Below are positions 1 through 12,743 of a DNA stretch of 64,000 bases, one piece after another; position 1 is the stretch's first letter, and each line of letters opens with the position of its first letter. The stretch comes from Dendrobates tinctorius (Eukaryota). The notes below the pieces were generated by a model that saw only the letters and a program-made list of their open reading frames with translations, did no database searches and was not told the DNA's origin. The stretch lies in contig NW_027361684.1 in NCBI RefSeq assembly GCF_039654945.1, positions 20,336,001 to 20,400,000 of the forward strand. The letters are read 5' to 3'. The position numbers and the translations under genes were made by a program.

Positions 1-937
1 CGGTTTCACACCTTTAACATAGTAGAGGTGTGAAATCGCAGGGCAAAACCGCAGGTCACTTTACCTGTGGTTTTACCTGCGGTTCTGCGCGGAAAAAAAC
101 GCAGGTGAATCTGCAGCGTGTGCACATAGCCTTACTGTATCTGGCTGCTGCTGACTTCTGAATCCTGGCATGGAGATGGCTGGCTTGGGAAGCTGGCTGG
201 CTTGTGTATAGCACCTGGCAAGAATGGCAGGTTAGGAGGCTTCACCTTGATCTGAAAAAGTATAAATATTTGCTGTGGCCCCACATTTGACAAAAAAAAA
301 AATATATATTAAAAAAAAAACAAAAAAAACCTCGCTGGCGGTCCAGGTGCTGAGATTGCTAACAGCCTCCAAACTAGTAACAGGTACACACTTTATCTTT
401 TAATTACTGTGCTCACCACCTGCCCAATTAGAATGGTCCCACAGCCAGTAGTTATGTTCCCATCCTGATCTCCTTCTTGTAGCAATATGCCCCATCATTG
501 TCCCCTTCTTTTAGTAATATGCCCCATCATGATCCCCTTCATGCAGAAATATGCTCCATCACGATCCCCTTCAGGGCTGCCAGTAGGAATTTCGGGGCCC
601 CATACTGGTAAAATTTTCAGGGACCCCTTGAGACTCTGCCCAGGCTCCACCCCAGCCCCGCCTCCACCCCTCGAACTGTCCAAAGTCCCACCGCTCTCTC
701 TTGGAAAAACTCCACTTCTCACCAATCACACATTAACAGTTCCCATCACCAGATCACACATATAGCCGGCAGCTTTTGTTTTGGCCAAAAGATTTTTTAA
801 GCCGCCACCAAAATACGGTAGACTCTTTTGGCCGTGCCCTAATCTAGTGTAACCTATTAAATATTTGTTAAAATATGTGATACAAATACAATTTAGGTAT
901 ATTTTTATTTTTCAATTTTTAAAATATCCAATAATAT

Positions 938-1535
938 CACATTCAAGGAACAAATACCACCACACCATGTCCAGACCACATATTACCATCACATACTGAC
1001 CTATAATACCACATACAAGGAACAAATACCGCCACACCATGTCCAGACCACATATTACCATCACTTACTGACCTATAATACCACATACAAGGAACAAATA
1101 CCGCCACACCATGACCAGACCACATAATAATAATAATCTTTATTTTTTATATAGCGCTAACATATTCCGCAGCGCTTTACAGTTTGCACACATTATCATT
1201 ACTGTCCCCGATGGGACTCACAATCTAAATTCCCTATCAGTATGAAACCGGAGTACCCGGAGGAAACCCACACAAACACGGGGAGAACATACAAACTCCT
1301 TGCAGATGTTGTCCTTGGTGAGATTTGAACCCAGGACTCCAGCGCTGCAAGGCTGCAGGGCTAACCACTGAGCCACCGTGCACTACCATAGTGACCGAAC
1401 AATATCACATACAAGGAACAACTACCGCCACACCATGACCAGACCACATATTACCATCACAGTGACAATAATATCACATACAAGGCATAAATACCGCAAC
1501 ACCATATCCAGACCACATATTAACACCACATGGTG
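938..1535. repeat. 72-bp tandem repeat interrupted by a SINE
   Basis: Unit caaggaacaaataccgccacaccatgtccagaccacatattaccatcac... at 944, 1016, 1088, resuming after 1381. Confidence 0.85.
1124..1381 (-). mobile_element. tRNA-derived V-SINE with L2-type 3' tail
   Basis: Minus strand: GCACGGTGGCTCAGTGGTTAGC (Pol III A box), GGTTCAAATC (B box), V-domain GGGTTTCCTCCGGGTACTCCGGTTTC, 3' stem-loop and (ATT)n tail. Confidence 0.9.
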
Positions 1536-2714
1536 ATTGAATACTACAATACTGATCAGTATTATAAAAAAAAAAAAAAAGCACGATACTATCACCATAA
1601 GCGCCATTATACACAGAAGATCTGTACTTAGTATGCAATATCTGTATACAGGTAATACAGTGATCAATGGCATTATACACAGGGCCTCTATACAGTGTAT
1701 AGTGTCAGTGTATAGGTAACACAGTAACTCACCAGTGACGTCTCTAGATGAAGTCCTTTATCTTTGTTTTTCATCTTTCATCCAGCACAGATCGCCATCA
1801 CTTCTTCCAGCCAGGGCTCGTCTCTGCAGGAAATAACACAGTTATCTAGAGCTCCGCTTGCAGAACACATTACTTATTTTTGCCAACTTCTACATTACAT
1901 GAAGAAAAAAAGGCGACATAGTATCACTCTACACAGTAACAGGACCGCCCCACCATTTAAAACAGTATACTCAAAAAATAAAATAAATACATCATTGCAG
2001 TAATAATATCCCTTAATTTAGACCCTGTGGTAATAATATCCCCCATCCTGACCCCAGCCATACGTTCTCCCATCCCACCCTCATGAGTATCCATTCGGCC
2101 CCACATGATCTCCCCATCCTGCCCCATGATCCTGCACGATCTGTCTCCAATCTTGCCCCCATGTCTTTGATCCTGCCCCGTATCTCATTCTGCCCCTTCC
2201 TGTGTCTCACTGTCACATTCTGCCCCAGTGTCAATTCTGCCCCCTCCTGTGTCTCACTGTCACATTCTGCCCCCATCATGTCCAGCATTCTGCCATTTGC
2301 CCCCCCGAATCGCCGCTCTCAATAAATAAAAAGAAAAAAAAAAAAAATAGCATCTAAAAAAAACACAAGTTCTTCTTACCTGGCTGCGCTCCATCGGCGA
2401 AGCTCCGTCCCTCCATGCAGAAGCGCGCACTCGCCGGCGACTGACAATGACATCAGCTGCCAGCCTCCGATTGGCTGGCGGCTGTTAACTATTGACGTGC
2501 GGGCCCGAATGTCAATAGCGATCAACTGCCGCAGTGCCGAGGGCCCGGTTTAGCGTGCCCCTCTGCCCACCGGGCCCCATACACCAGTCAGGGCAGTAAT
2601 GCCCTGATGGAAGCTCTGATCCCCTTCATGTAGAAATGCCCCATCATGATCCCCTTCATGCAGAAGTATGCCCCATCATGATCCCCTTCTAGTAGAAATT
2701 GCCCATTCCACCAC

Positions 2715-3105
2715 CTTCATCATTTCCTCCTCCCCATCACTTCCATTATTGTCCCTCTCCCCATCACAGCCATCATTGCCCCTCTCCCCATCACTCTCAT
2801 CATTGTCCCTCTCTCCATCACTGGCCCTCTCCCCATCACTCCCATCATTGTCCCTCTCTCCATCACTGGCCCTCTCCCCATCACTCCCATCATTGTCCCT
2901 CTCCCCATCTCTCCCATCATTGTCCCTCTCCCCATCACCGCCATCACTGGCCCTCTCCCCATCACCGCCATCACTGGCCCTCTCCCCACACACAGGGCCA
3001 CACTCACGACAGCAGCCACACAAACACACACCAGCGACCACACAAACACACACAAGCGGCACACAGACACACACCAGCGGCCACACACACACACACACAC
3101 ACACC
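2715..3105. repeat. C-rich minisatellite (ccctctccccatcac...) followed by (CA)n-rich tract, upstream of a hAT-like terminus at ~3329
   Basis: Visible tandem units; ggttcgccatcactg at 3315-3329 resembles a hAT end. Confidence 0.7.
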
Positions 3106-3743
3106 AGCGGTCTCCGTGCACCGGCAGCGTCCTTCCTGTTACTTCCTCACACACATTGAGAGGCGCGGCCGCGGCTGGATGACATCAACATTCAGCTCCG
3201 CGGCCGAGCGGCTCAATGTGTGTGAGGAAGCAGCAGCTCTGAACAGTGAGGCGAGCCCTTGGCCGCGTGCCAGCTGAGAGGGCTCTGCGTGCCCTGTCTG
3301 GCACACGTGCCATAGGTTCGCCATCACTGTCTAAGTATGACCCAAAAAAAAACATAAAACATAAAACAAAGCCCGAAAAAAAAGACAGAAGCATGACAGA
3401 ACAGAGAGTTTGTAAAGCAAATACGGTAAAGGTGAGAACTATATATTGGACAAAGGAAAAGAAAAGGTGGTAGACCCCCACAGGACCAACCCTAGCAAGC
3501 CGTGGGGAGAGGGGAGGGTAATTTTAGAGATCTTAGACTCGGACATCAGAGGTGCACTGGGTCACACCTATTTTGGCAGAACACGGATGGTGGAGGCACC
3601 AGCACTGCACTTGGTGGAGAGAAGACAAATGATGAATTGGCTTCCAAAGAGGTCACTACTGTGGAGGGCACGGTGAAAAAAGATGGAGGAAATCCACACC
3701 TAGAATAAAACAAAGACATTTTTTAAAGAAAATTCCTGCCTAA

Positions 3744-4253
3744 GGCTAGTTTCACATTAGCGTTTTTTTGCGCAGCGCATCGGGCGCATAAAAAAACGCA
3801 AAACGAGCGTTTTTTTAACATCATGCGCACGCTGATGCATCAAAAAAATGCAGCGTTGCTAGCATTTTACATGCGTTTGCGTTTTTTATGCACATGCGTT
3901 TTTAGGTGTGACATTTTTTTCCTTGTCTAGAGAACATTCTAGACTTGTTTAACTCAAAAACGCATGCGCAAAAAAACGCAAACGTGCGCAAGACCATGCG
4001 CACGCATGCGTTCCCATAGACTTCAATGTGTTTTTTTTGCACAAGCGTGCGCATGCGTTTTTTGCCGAGACAGGGCGCACCAAAAAATGCAACATGTTGC
4101 GTCTGGCGCGCCTGGCGCGAAAGACAAAAAAACGCATGCGCACAAAAACACAAGTGTGCGCAAGACCATGCGCACGTCATGTTAAACATAGGTGCGCATG
4201 CGCACGGGTACGCACGATGCGCTGCGCACAAAAGCACTAATGTGAAACCAGCC
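3744..4253. mobile_element. Harbinger-type MITE (copy A)
   Basis: TIRs ggctagtttcacattag / ctaatgtgaaaccagcc; TAA on the left. Confidence 0.85.
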
Positions 4254-4256
4254 ATA

Positions 4257-4743
4257 GGCTGGTTTCACATTAGCGCTTTTTAAGCGCACGCACGGCCGGG
4301 GGTAGCTCCGCCCCCGAGCCGGCTCTCTGCCCGGCGTGCCCGCCCCTTGCTTGTAGCGCCGCCTCCTAGCGGACAGCGGCGCCTGCGATCGGCGCACCCT
4401 ATCTTTAGCATAGGGTGCGCAGATCGTGCGCAGGCCGTGCGCTAGTTGCGCTTTGACCTGCACTGCGCACTTTTGACGGTGCGCCGTGCGCGCCAAAATC
4501 GAACTTTTTGGATTTTGGCGCGCACGGCGTACCGTCAAAAGTGCGCAGCGCAGGTCAAAGCGCAACTAGCGCACGGCCTGCGCACCCTATGCTAAAGATA
4601 GGGTGCGCCGATCGCAGGCGCCGCTGTCCGCTAGGAGGCGGCGCTACAAGCAAGGGGCGGGCACGCCGGGCAGAGAGCCGGCTCGGGGGCGGAGCTACCC
4701 CCGGCCGTGCGTGCGCTTAAAAAGCGCTAATGTGAAACCGGCC
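4257..4743. mobile_element. Harbinger-type fold-back MITE (copy B), near-perfect ~490-bp palindrome
   Basis: TIRs ggctggtttcacattagcgc / gcgctaatgtgaaaccggcc; arms complementary almost to the centre; TAA on the right. Confidence 0.88.
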
Positions 4744-5039
4744 TAAGTGGTACAAAAAGACATGGCCGCACCTCCCAATATTCATACCTCGATCTTATGC
4801 CCATCAGCAAAAATGAACAAACTGAACGTGAGGTTATTACTTCTGACCAGACTGTATGAAGGCCCACTACCACATCACAGTGACCAAAACAGTGGGTCCC
4901 TAGCCTTAAAGGTGCGGCACCGTGGGCAAACCTTGGCTACAGCACCCGGCAGGGCGAGCGGCAGCGCACTTCCTTCCCTAGGCAGACTCCGAGCACGCAG
5001 TCCCATACAACCTACACCCACTTCCCCAGGCAGACTCCC

Positions 5040-5418
5040 AGCATGCAGTCCCATGCAAGCAACATCACCCTCCTCTCCCCAGGCAGCCCCCCCCTTCAGC
5101 ATGCATGTGCAACCCATCACCTCAAGCGCCCCTCCTCCAGCATGCACATGCAGCCCTATCACCCCTTCTCCCCAGGCAACCCCCCCCCGTGTGCACATGC
5201 AGCCCCATGCAAGCAACATCACCCCTTCTCCCCAGGCAACCCCCCCCGTGTGCACATGCAGCTCCATGCAAGCAACATCACCCCTTCTCCCCAGGCAACC
5301 CCCCCCAGTGTGCACATGCAGCCCCATGCAAGCAACATCACCCCTTCTCCCCAGGCAACCCCCCCCAGTGTGCACATGCAGCCCCATGCAAGCAACATCA
5401 CCCCTTCTCCCCAGGCAA
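5040..5418. repeat. 60-bp minisatellite just upstream of the MED31 promoter
   Basis: Unit ccccttctccccaggcaacccccccagtgtgcacatgcagccccatgcaagcaacatca, in register at 5281, 5341, 5401. Confidence 0.9.
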
Positions 5419-5544
5419 GCTCCCAGCTCGTGCATGAACATCTACTTTTACCTGATGCCCCCAAAACACCAAATCCCGCCATGACATCCGCAGCTTCCTC
5501 ATGTCTTCTTTTGCTTTGCTCACTAGTCTAGTATAGAGGAAGAG

Positions 5545-5580
5545 GCGCCGCCCCTTCTGGTCACATGGGCATGACGTCAG
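5545..5580 (+). promoter_or_regulatory. MED31 proximal promoter motifs (GC box, E-box-like GTCACATG, full CRE)
   Basis: CCGCCCC at ~5548-5554 and palindromic TGACGTCA at 5572-5579, 50-80 nt upstream of the ATG. Confidence 0.45.
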
Positions 5581-5630
5581 CAGAGGTCCGTTTACGACTT
5601 GGATTAGCCTCTTCCATGTACTGATGCATC

Positions 5631-5655
5631 ATGGCGGCCGGCTCACTGGAGACAG
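5631..5655 (+). CDS. MED31: MED31 coding exon 1 (MAAGSLET)
   Basis: atcATGG Kozak context, donor AG|gtatgt, phase 1 fits exon 2; lies in CpG-rich region. Confidence 0.85.
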
Positions 5656-8600
5656 GTATGTGTGAGGCACGGAGGGGCGTCTAATCCATGTTTACTCCCA
5701 GTGTGACTGACGCCGCGCACCATGCTGTACAGTACAAGTGTCCGCGTCACTCTGGGGGGCGCAGGCCTTCCAGACCTCCCACCTGTGATGTCCCAGCCTG
5801 GCCGCATAGTGGTACACGGGGGCTGCGCAGGGAGTCACGGGCAGAGAAGCCGCGGGGGCCGTGCAGGGTAACCTGAGGGGGGGTTGTGCACGGGCGGCCC
5901 CCCGGGGAGAGTGCCCGGCTCCTGCTCTGTCAGGTGTATAGACGCCCCTGGATCCATTCTCTGAACACCTGCTTCCCATGAGCTGTGAGCAGAACATTGA
6001 TCTCTGGTGACAAGTTATCGTCTATCCACAGTCAGTGGAGGTGATAATTCGGTTAGGTGCCGCCCTCGTGGATCTGCTCCAGTCAGCAGAACGGGATTAT
6101 TTTTCCTCCAATGGGGCGGTTTTATCACCGTTACATGTTGGAGCTACAGGTCAGACACCAACCGCAATCTCGTAGCGAGTGAATAAATGGCGGTGGAGCA
6201 TGTGCACTGCTGTATCCAGACCATCCCTTTCAGGCCCCCATATACAGTAACGGCCAATTTTCCCAGTTTTGGCATTAGCGGCCCACCTTCTGATGTGCTC
6301 GGGGTCTCCTGACTCCTCCAACAGATGACTCCAGGGTAAAGCAGGGGGCAGCATTAGGAGCACACAGTCCTTTATGGTCAGGGGAGAGGAGCTGCTCCTG
6401 GAGTTGCCCGGATTTGCCTTTCTCCTCTCTCCCAGCTGAGAACTCAAATCCTCGGGGCCGACCACAGAGCTGGGGAAGTGGGAGAAGGTTGATCCGTCAG
6501 CTCCTCCTGTGTATGGTGACCTTAAGGCCCCGTCACACACAGCGAGATCGGTGACTTTGACGCCACAGCGATCTCCCCAGCGACATCGTTGTGTGTGACA
6601 TGTATCAGCGACCGCCCCCACCGGGTATCACTGATCGCACTCGAACGTCTTGGGCCGTTTTTTGATCGTTGGTCTCCCGCTGGCCAGCGCGCATCGCTGC
6701 GTGTGACAGCGAGAGACCAACGATCAGCGATGCTGGGAGCTGGTATCCAGGGTAAACAGCGGGTATCTAAGAACCGCGTGGCTCTTAGATACCCACTGTT
6801 TACCTTGGAAAGCAGCTTGCTCGCTGGTCCTGACCGCTGCTGAGTCTGTCTATGTGGCAGCTCACCAGCGATCAGCTATGTCCCAGCGATCCCATCCACG
6901 TTGGATCGTTGGTGGGATCGCTGGGACATTGAAGCATGTAACGGGGGCCTTTAGTGACCCTTCTACTCGTTTTCCCAGTTCGCTGCTTATTTCGGTCTGG
7001 AGTACAGGGGATGAGGGGAATAATCTGCTGCCGGACACATGAGGCGCTGGATTATTTACACCACTTTTTTGGGTTGTTCATTTTGTTTAAACCGTTTTCC
7101 ACCGGCAGGTGTCTGAACATTCGGGACCTGGTTCTGCCCTCTTCTACCTGATTGGGGTACCCCTTGTCGCGGTGGGATGGCTTTTATGTTTTTTTTCATT
7201 AATGAAAACCATATTAGCAAAGTACCCTGTTATTTACATGTACTATTGCTATTTACTTGCTACGGGGTATTTGCTCTTTTTGTTTCTACCTTCCAGTCCC
7301 TTAGAAGTGAATGCTGTGGTGGTTGAACATGCACACCACCTTTACATTCACGTGTTAGACTTTGGGACCCCCATTCTTGGAATCAATGGGCTTTTTTTTA
7401 GCAGTCAGCGCCAGTGATAATTTATCATTTTTCCTGTGAAGAGGTGATAAAGTGGCTTTCCCACCCATTACATGGAAGGCCGGGGTCTGGTTTTATGAAT
7501 CCTTAGAGCTTTTTGTCATGTGGGGTGAAAATGACTGATGTGTGTTTGTCTTTTGCGTCAGGACTTCTTCACATGCCGCATAGTTACCACCATGCCTGGC
7601 TACGATTTTCTTGTTTTGAACGAACCGCGTCATAAATGCCTATGAGGCCGTACGTTCAGGTCAGGAGACCCGCTATTAGTCTGGGCACAGGGGTCAATAT
7701 ACCAACCGTGAAATACAACCGTATGACTCTGGCCATAAGGGTACGTTCACACACAGCAGATTTGCTGCAAAAATTCGTAACCTGTTTATCTGAATGGGGC
7801 TTGTAGAAAACCTGGCACACGTCACATAAAGGACCCCATTCACATGGGGTGAATTTCTTAATTGCAGGCATTCATGCAACAAGTCTGCCATACATCCATA
7901 GCCTTACATTTGTTTTAGGAATTTAAAGAAAAAAATGGGTCCAAAGCAAATATCCCATTTTTTCGCTGTTTGTGATTTCTCTTTATCCAAATGTGTCCTT
8001 GTCTTTTCAGATGAGCAGTCAAGAATTCGATTCCAGTTGGAGTTGGAATTTGTTCAGTGTCTGGCAAATCCTAATTACCTTAATTGTAAGTGTCCTGAAG
8101 GTTATTAAAGGTGGTGACCGCTCCCTTTAAGTATTGGTTAAAGGGTCATCCAGGACTATATTATTCTGCCCTACACAGATGTCTGCCGGCACAGATCAGT
8201 CGCAGACCGCTCCTGCAGGCGATTCTGGCTCCAGGCTTCTCTTCCACTCTGCCCTGTTCTCTGGGCGCGACTGCCAATGTCATGCCAATTGACAGCTCCC
8301 TAACTGCAGGGAGCCGGCTGTCAATCAGCATGATGCCGGAAGTCATTCCCAATCCACAGAGCAGCCTGGAAGAGGTGCTCCAATGACTTGCATCAGCTGA
8401 ATCACCGGTATCGGCTAGTGTGTGTGGGTCAGGAGAGAACTCTGTCTGCCAGCTATCTCATGTATGGCAGCTGTTCAGTGTGTGACATGGACCAATCTTT
8501 GTATGGATGGTAATTAAAAAAAAAAAAGTCCTTTGTTTGGTAAAAGGTCACAATAGTGCTTGATGCAGGCCACTGTGGTTTATGGAGGAGGCAGTTCGGG

Positions 8601-10121
8601 TGTGAATGACGCCCCCTCGCACACATGGCTTGTATATGGCACCCGTCACACAACTATGGCGGTGCACCATGCCGGTTTCCAGATCGGTGACACTCATCCC
8701 ATCAGCCGCCCAGTACTGTGTAAGATCTGGTGAGGTCTAATGTAGCTCCTGGATACAACCTGCCATATTGTTCTGCCCTATAAAGAGGCAGAAGTTGTGC
8801 TTTTGTCTTATTTTCCCTATGGAAGTGGCAGCTCTCCTGTGTGTTCTCTCTTCAGATTTCCTCCCACAAATGTGATTACTGGTATAATGTATTTTTCTGC
8901 AATGACTATATATCACTGAAGACATCACATCCTGTGGTTAGTAGAATGTTTTTCTTTTTTTTTGTTCAGTCTTGGCACAAAGAGGATATTTCAAGGAGAA
9001 ACCATTTGTGAATTACCTGAAGTATCTTCTGTACTGGAAGGAGGCAGAATATGCCAAATATTTAAAGTAAGTCTGGGATTTGGCTGACCTGGGCGTCTAC
9101 AGAGTACAATGTGATCATAAATGCCAAGCGGTGATAGTAACACATTACCTGTCAATAGATGCCACAATGTAATATGTTAGGATCCAGTGCTGGTCACACT
9201 GTACGCACACTACAGCAAAATACACTTATCACCTTCCTGTCAGCCAATTGTCGTGTCCCCTCCCCTTAACCCCACTAGGGGCTGTGCACACATTGCAGAT
9301 TTGACACAAACATGAAGGGATTCCTGATGACAGCAAAGTCAAGTCGTATGAACGCTGCTTGATTTTGACTTTCAGATATAAGTCTGCAGCACGTCAAAGC
9401 TTTTAGCATTTGTCGCAGATTTCACTAATACTAATGAGTGGGGAAAAATCTGCACCAAAAACGCATGTAAAAACACACAAGTAATGTGGCAAAAAAAGTG
9501 CCTATTTTACAAAGCATTTTTTTAAAATTATTTTTCCCTGTAAGCTAATCGTGGGTTTATTTTTTGTGGCATGCGCTAGTCTTTATTGGTACCATTGTTG
9601 GTTACATACATCATTTTGATGGCTTTTTCTTACATTTTATTAAGGGACAGAAGATGGCTGGAAATAAGATAATCCAGGCGTTTTTTTTCTTTTTGGCCGC
9701 TTACTATAAAGTAAAATTTCAGATTTTCTTAGAATGGAATTTTACAGACTGATCTATGGTTCCAGATTAGGGAAGGGGGGTGGGTGCTTACATTTTATTT
9801 TTTAAATATTTTTAAAAGCTTTTCTTTTTCCCGTCCTGCACTCATTACCGGACTGGCACCATAACATGGTAATGTGCAATTGCGCCATGCTTGGGGGTCC
9901 TCTAACCTCTGCACCTTGCTGCCCCCAGGTACCCGCAGTGCTTGCACATGCTGGAGTTGCTGCAGTATGAACACTTCCGGAAGGAGCTGGTGAATGCTCA
10001 GTGCGCAAAATTTATTGATGAGCAGCAAATCTTACATTGGCAGCACTACTCCCGCAAGAGGATGAGGCTGCAACAAGCCCTGGCCGAGCAGCAGCCGCAG
10101 AACAACACCATTGGGAAATGA
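5631..10121 (+). CDS. MED31: Mediator of RNA polymerase II transcription subunit 31, spliced gene (exons 5631-5655, 8011-8085, 8970-9066, 9929-10121; 129 aa)
   Basis: Joined exons (25+75+97+193=390 nt, all GT-AG, phases match) give MAAGSLETDEQSRIRFQLELEFVQCLANPNYLNFLAQRGYFKEKPFVNYLKYLLYWKEAEYAKYLKYPQCLHMLELLQYEHFRKELVNAQCAKFIDEQQILHWQHYSRKRMRLQQALAEQQPQNNTIGK*, the recognisable MED31/SOH1 sequence. Confidence 0.97.
6525..6950. mobile_element. Harbinger-type MITE (TTA TSD), MED31 intron 1
   Basis: aggccccgtcacac... / ...tgtaacgggggcct flanked by TTA both sides; ends related to copies at 33258 and 53212. Confidence 0.8.
8011..8085 (+). CDS. MED31: MED31 coding exon 2
   Basis: tcttttcag| ...RFQLELEFVQCLANPNYLN... 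|gtaagt. Confidence 0.96.
8970..9066 (+). CDS. MED31: MED31 coding exon 3
   Basis: tttgttcag| FLAQRGYFKEKPFVNYLKYLLYWKEAEYAKYL |gtaagt. Confidence 0.96.
9929..10121 (+). CDS. MED31: MED31 coding exon 4
   Basis: gcccccag| YPQCLHMLELLQYEHFRKEL...NNTIGK TGA. Confidence 0.96.
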
Positions 10122-11112
10122 GACTGTATTCCCTGCCACAACGTTGGCCCAGGACCCGTCTGCTTCATTGCAATTATCTCCTGCCTGTATTGATCAGTAG
10201 TGGGCAAAGACTGCACACCAGCACTGCGGACCTGTATTTTGGGTTCTTCATTTTAGGTTGTACCTGGAATTATCCCCTCACTCTAATGGGAAAAATAATG
10301 TATTTTCCTGCCGGTGATCTGGGGAGCAGATTACATGCTCTGGATTAGCTGATAGTGACTAAAGCAGATGATTATTGACTTGTGGCTTTTCTCAGATGAT
10401 GTTCCCATGATATGAAAATACAGACTTTCCATTACAAATTTGTAGAAAAGCTGCTGTCATTTACAGTGCAAAATATATCCTCAGCATAAACCAAGAAGCT
10501 GCAGGTTTGAGATCAATCTGTGCTGTGGACATAGGTGCGAGTCTCACGATTTGCACTGCAAAGGGTGAAAGCTTTGGCTTCCTCACACCATTTTCGCAGT
10601 GACCTCCACAGCAGCAAATACCATTGAGGGTATTCCTGTGGGAGACCCGCAGGAGCGTGAAAAAAAAGAAAACCAGTCGCTGACGCTGTCCTTACCACTT
10701 TCAGAAGAGCGGTCGTTTATGTTTTACAGATTATTAAACCTTTACTAGGAATAGTCTGTACATTACCAGATTATATATAGTCTACATATAGGTTTAGTAA
10801 CTCTGTAATTACCTTGCGCGGCTTACATTGCATTTGTGCAGCCTGTAGTATAACACAGAGCAGCAGCTGTTACTGGAAACAGTCAGCAAGCTTCTCTCCT
10901 TCCCCTAATGGCGTGGTTGAGCATCTATAGTGGAGTAATAGCTCGTATAATTTATTAGTAGCTGATTGGACATACCCTTTTCTAGCAGAACTCCAGTAAT
11001 ATTTTAAGTGCCCCCTTAGCCATAGATATTTGCACGATGCATGTATTAGAATAGTTGCTGATCGCTGCCTTCTTCCCTTCTGCACCACACAGTTCAGACA
11101 GAGCAGCTATTA

Positions 11113-12743
11113 CAGTCATATGTTAAAGTTTGGGCACCCCTGTTAATGTTAACCTTTTTTCTTTATAACAATTTTGGTTTTTGCAACAGCTATTTCAGTT
11201 TCATATATCTAATAACTGATGGACTCAGTTATATTTCTGGATTCAAATGAGGTTTATTGTACTAACAGAAAATGTGTAATCTGTATTTAAACAAAATTTG
11301 ACCGGTGCAAAAGTATGGGCACCCTTATTATCTTGATTTGAACACTCCTAACTACTTTTCACTGACTTCCTGAAGCACTAAATTGGTTTTGTAACCTCAT
11401 TGAGCTTTGAACTTCATAGCCAGGTGTATCAAATCATGAGAAAAGGTATTTAAGGTGGCCACTTGCAAGTAGTTCTCCCATTTGATTCTCCTATGAAGAG
11501 TGGCATCATGGGCTCCTCAAAACAACTCTCAAATGATCTGAAAACAAAGATTATTCAACATAGCTTTTCAGGGGAAGGATACAAAAAGTTGTCTCAGAGA
11601 TTTAACCTGTCAGTTTCCACTGTGAGGAACATAGTAAGGAAATGGAAGAACATATCTACAGTTCTTGTTAAGCCCAGAAGGGGCAGGCCAAGAAAAATAT
11701 CAGAAAGGCAGAAGAATGGTTAGAACAGTCAAGGACAATCCACAGACCACCTCCAAAGACCTGCAGCATCATCTTGCTGCAGATGGTGTCACTGTGCATC
11801 GGTCAACAATACAGCGCACTTTGCACAAGGAAAGCTGTATGGGAGAGTGATGCGAAAGAAGCCGTTTCTGCACGCACGCCACAAACAGAGTCGCCTGAGG
11901 TATGCAAAAGCACATTTGGACAAGCCAGTTCCATTTTGGAAGAAGGTCCTGTGGACTGATGAAACAAAGATTGAGTTGTTTGGTCATACAAAAAGGCGTT
12001 ATGCATGGAGGCTAAAAAACACAGCATTCCAAGAAAAACACTTGCTACCCACAGTAAAATTTGGTGGAGGGTCCATCATGCTTTGGGGCTGTGTGGCCAA
12101 TGCCGGCACCGGGAATCTTGTTAAAGTTGAGGGTCGCATGGATTCAACTCAGTATCAGCAGATTCTTGACAATAATGTTCAAGAATAAGTGACACAGTTG
12201 AAGTTACGCAGGGGATGGATATTTCAGCAAGACAATGATCCAAAACACCGCTCCAAATCTACTCAGGCATTCATGCAGAGGAACAATTACAATGTTCTGG
12301 AATGGCCATCCCAGTCCCCAGACCAGAATATCATTGAACATCTGTGGGATGATTTGAAGCGGGCTGTCCATGCTCAGCGACCATCAAACTTTACAAAACA
12401 ATTCCAGTTCATTTAACAGGAATGGTCACAAATACCTTCATCCAGGAAATCATTAATAGCTACAGGAAGCGACTAGAGGCTGTTATTTTTGCAAAAGGAG
12501 GATCTACGAAATATTAATGTCACTTATGTTGCGATGCCCATACTTTTGCACCAGTCAAGTTTTGTTAAAATGCAGATTGCACATTTTCTGTTAGTACAAT
12601 AAACCTCATTTGAATCCAGAAATATAACTGAGTCCATCAGTTATTAGATATATGAAACTGAAATAGCTGTTGCAGAAACCAAAATTGTTATAAAGAAAAA
12701 AGGTTAACATTAATAGGGGTGCCCAGACTTTAAGATATGACTG
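11113..12743 (+). mobile_element. Full-length Tc1/mariner (IR/DR type, DD34E) transposon, decayed
   Basis: TA target duplication (11111-12, 12744-45); ~210-bp TIRs beginning cagtcatat...tgggcacccc with inner direct repeat aagtatgggcaccc; transposase remnants inside. Confidence 0.95.
11508..12517 (+). pseudogene. Tc1 transposase pseudogene
   Basis: MGSSKQLSNDLKTKII...GRPRK (paired-like HTH), WTDETK, FQQDNDPKH, SPDQNIIEHLW; broken by frameshifts and a TAA at 12186-12188. Confidence 0.92.

Noticed and set aside
1310-1381. tRNA gene
   Set aside because: A/B boxes belong to the SINE head and continue into the V-domain.
2668-3277. His/Pro/Ser-rich ORFs of 140-190 aa
   Set aside because: Translations of a C-rich minisatellite and CA tract; open on both strands with no domain signal.
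4747-5531. 245-aa and overlapping ORFs upstream of MED31, considered as a divergent partner gene
   Set aside because: Produced by the 60-bp repeat; no recognisable protein.
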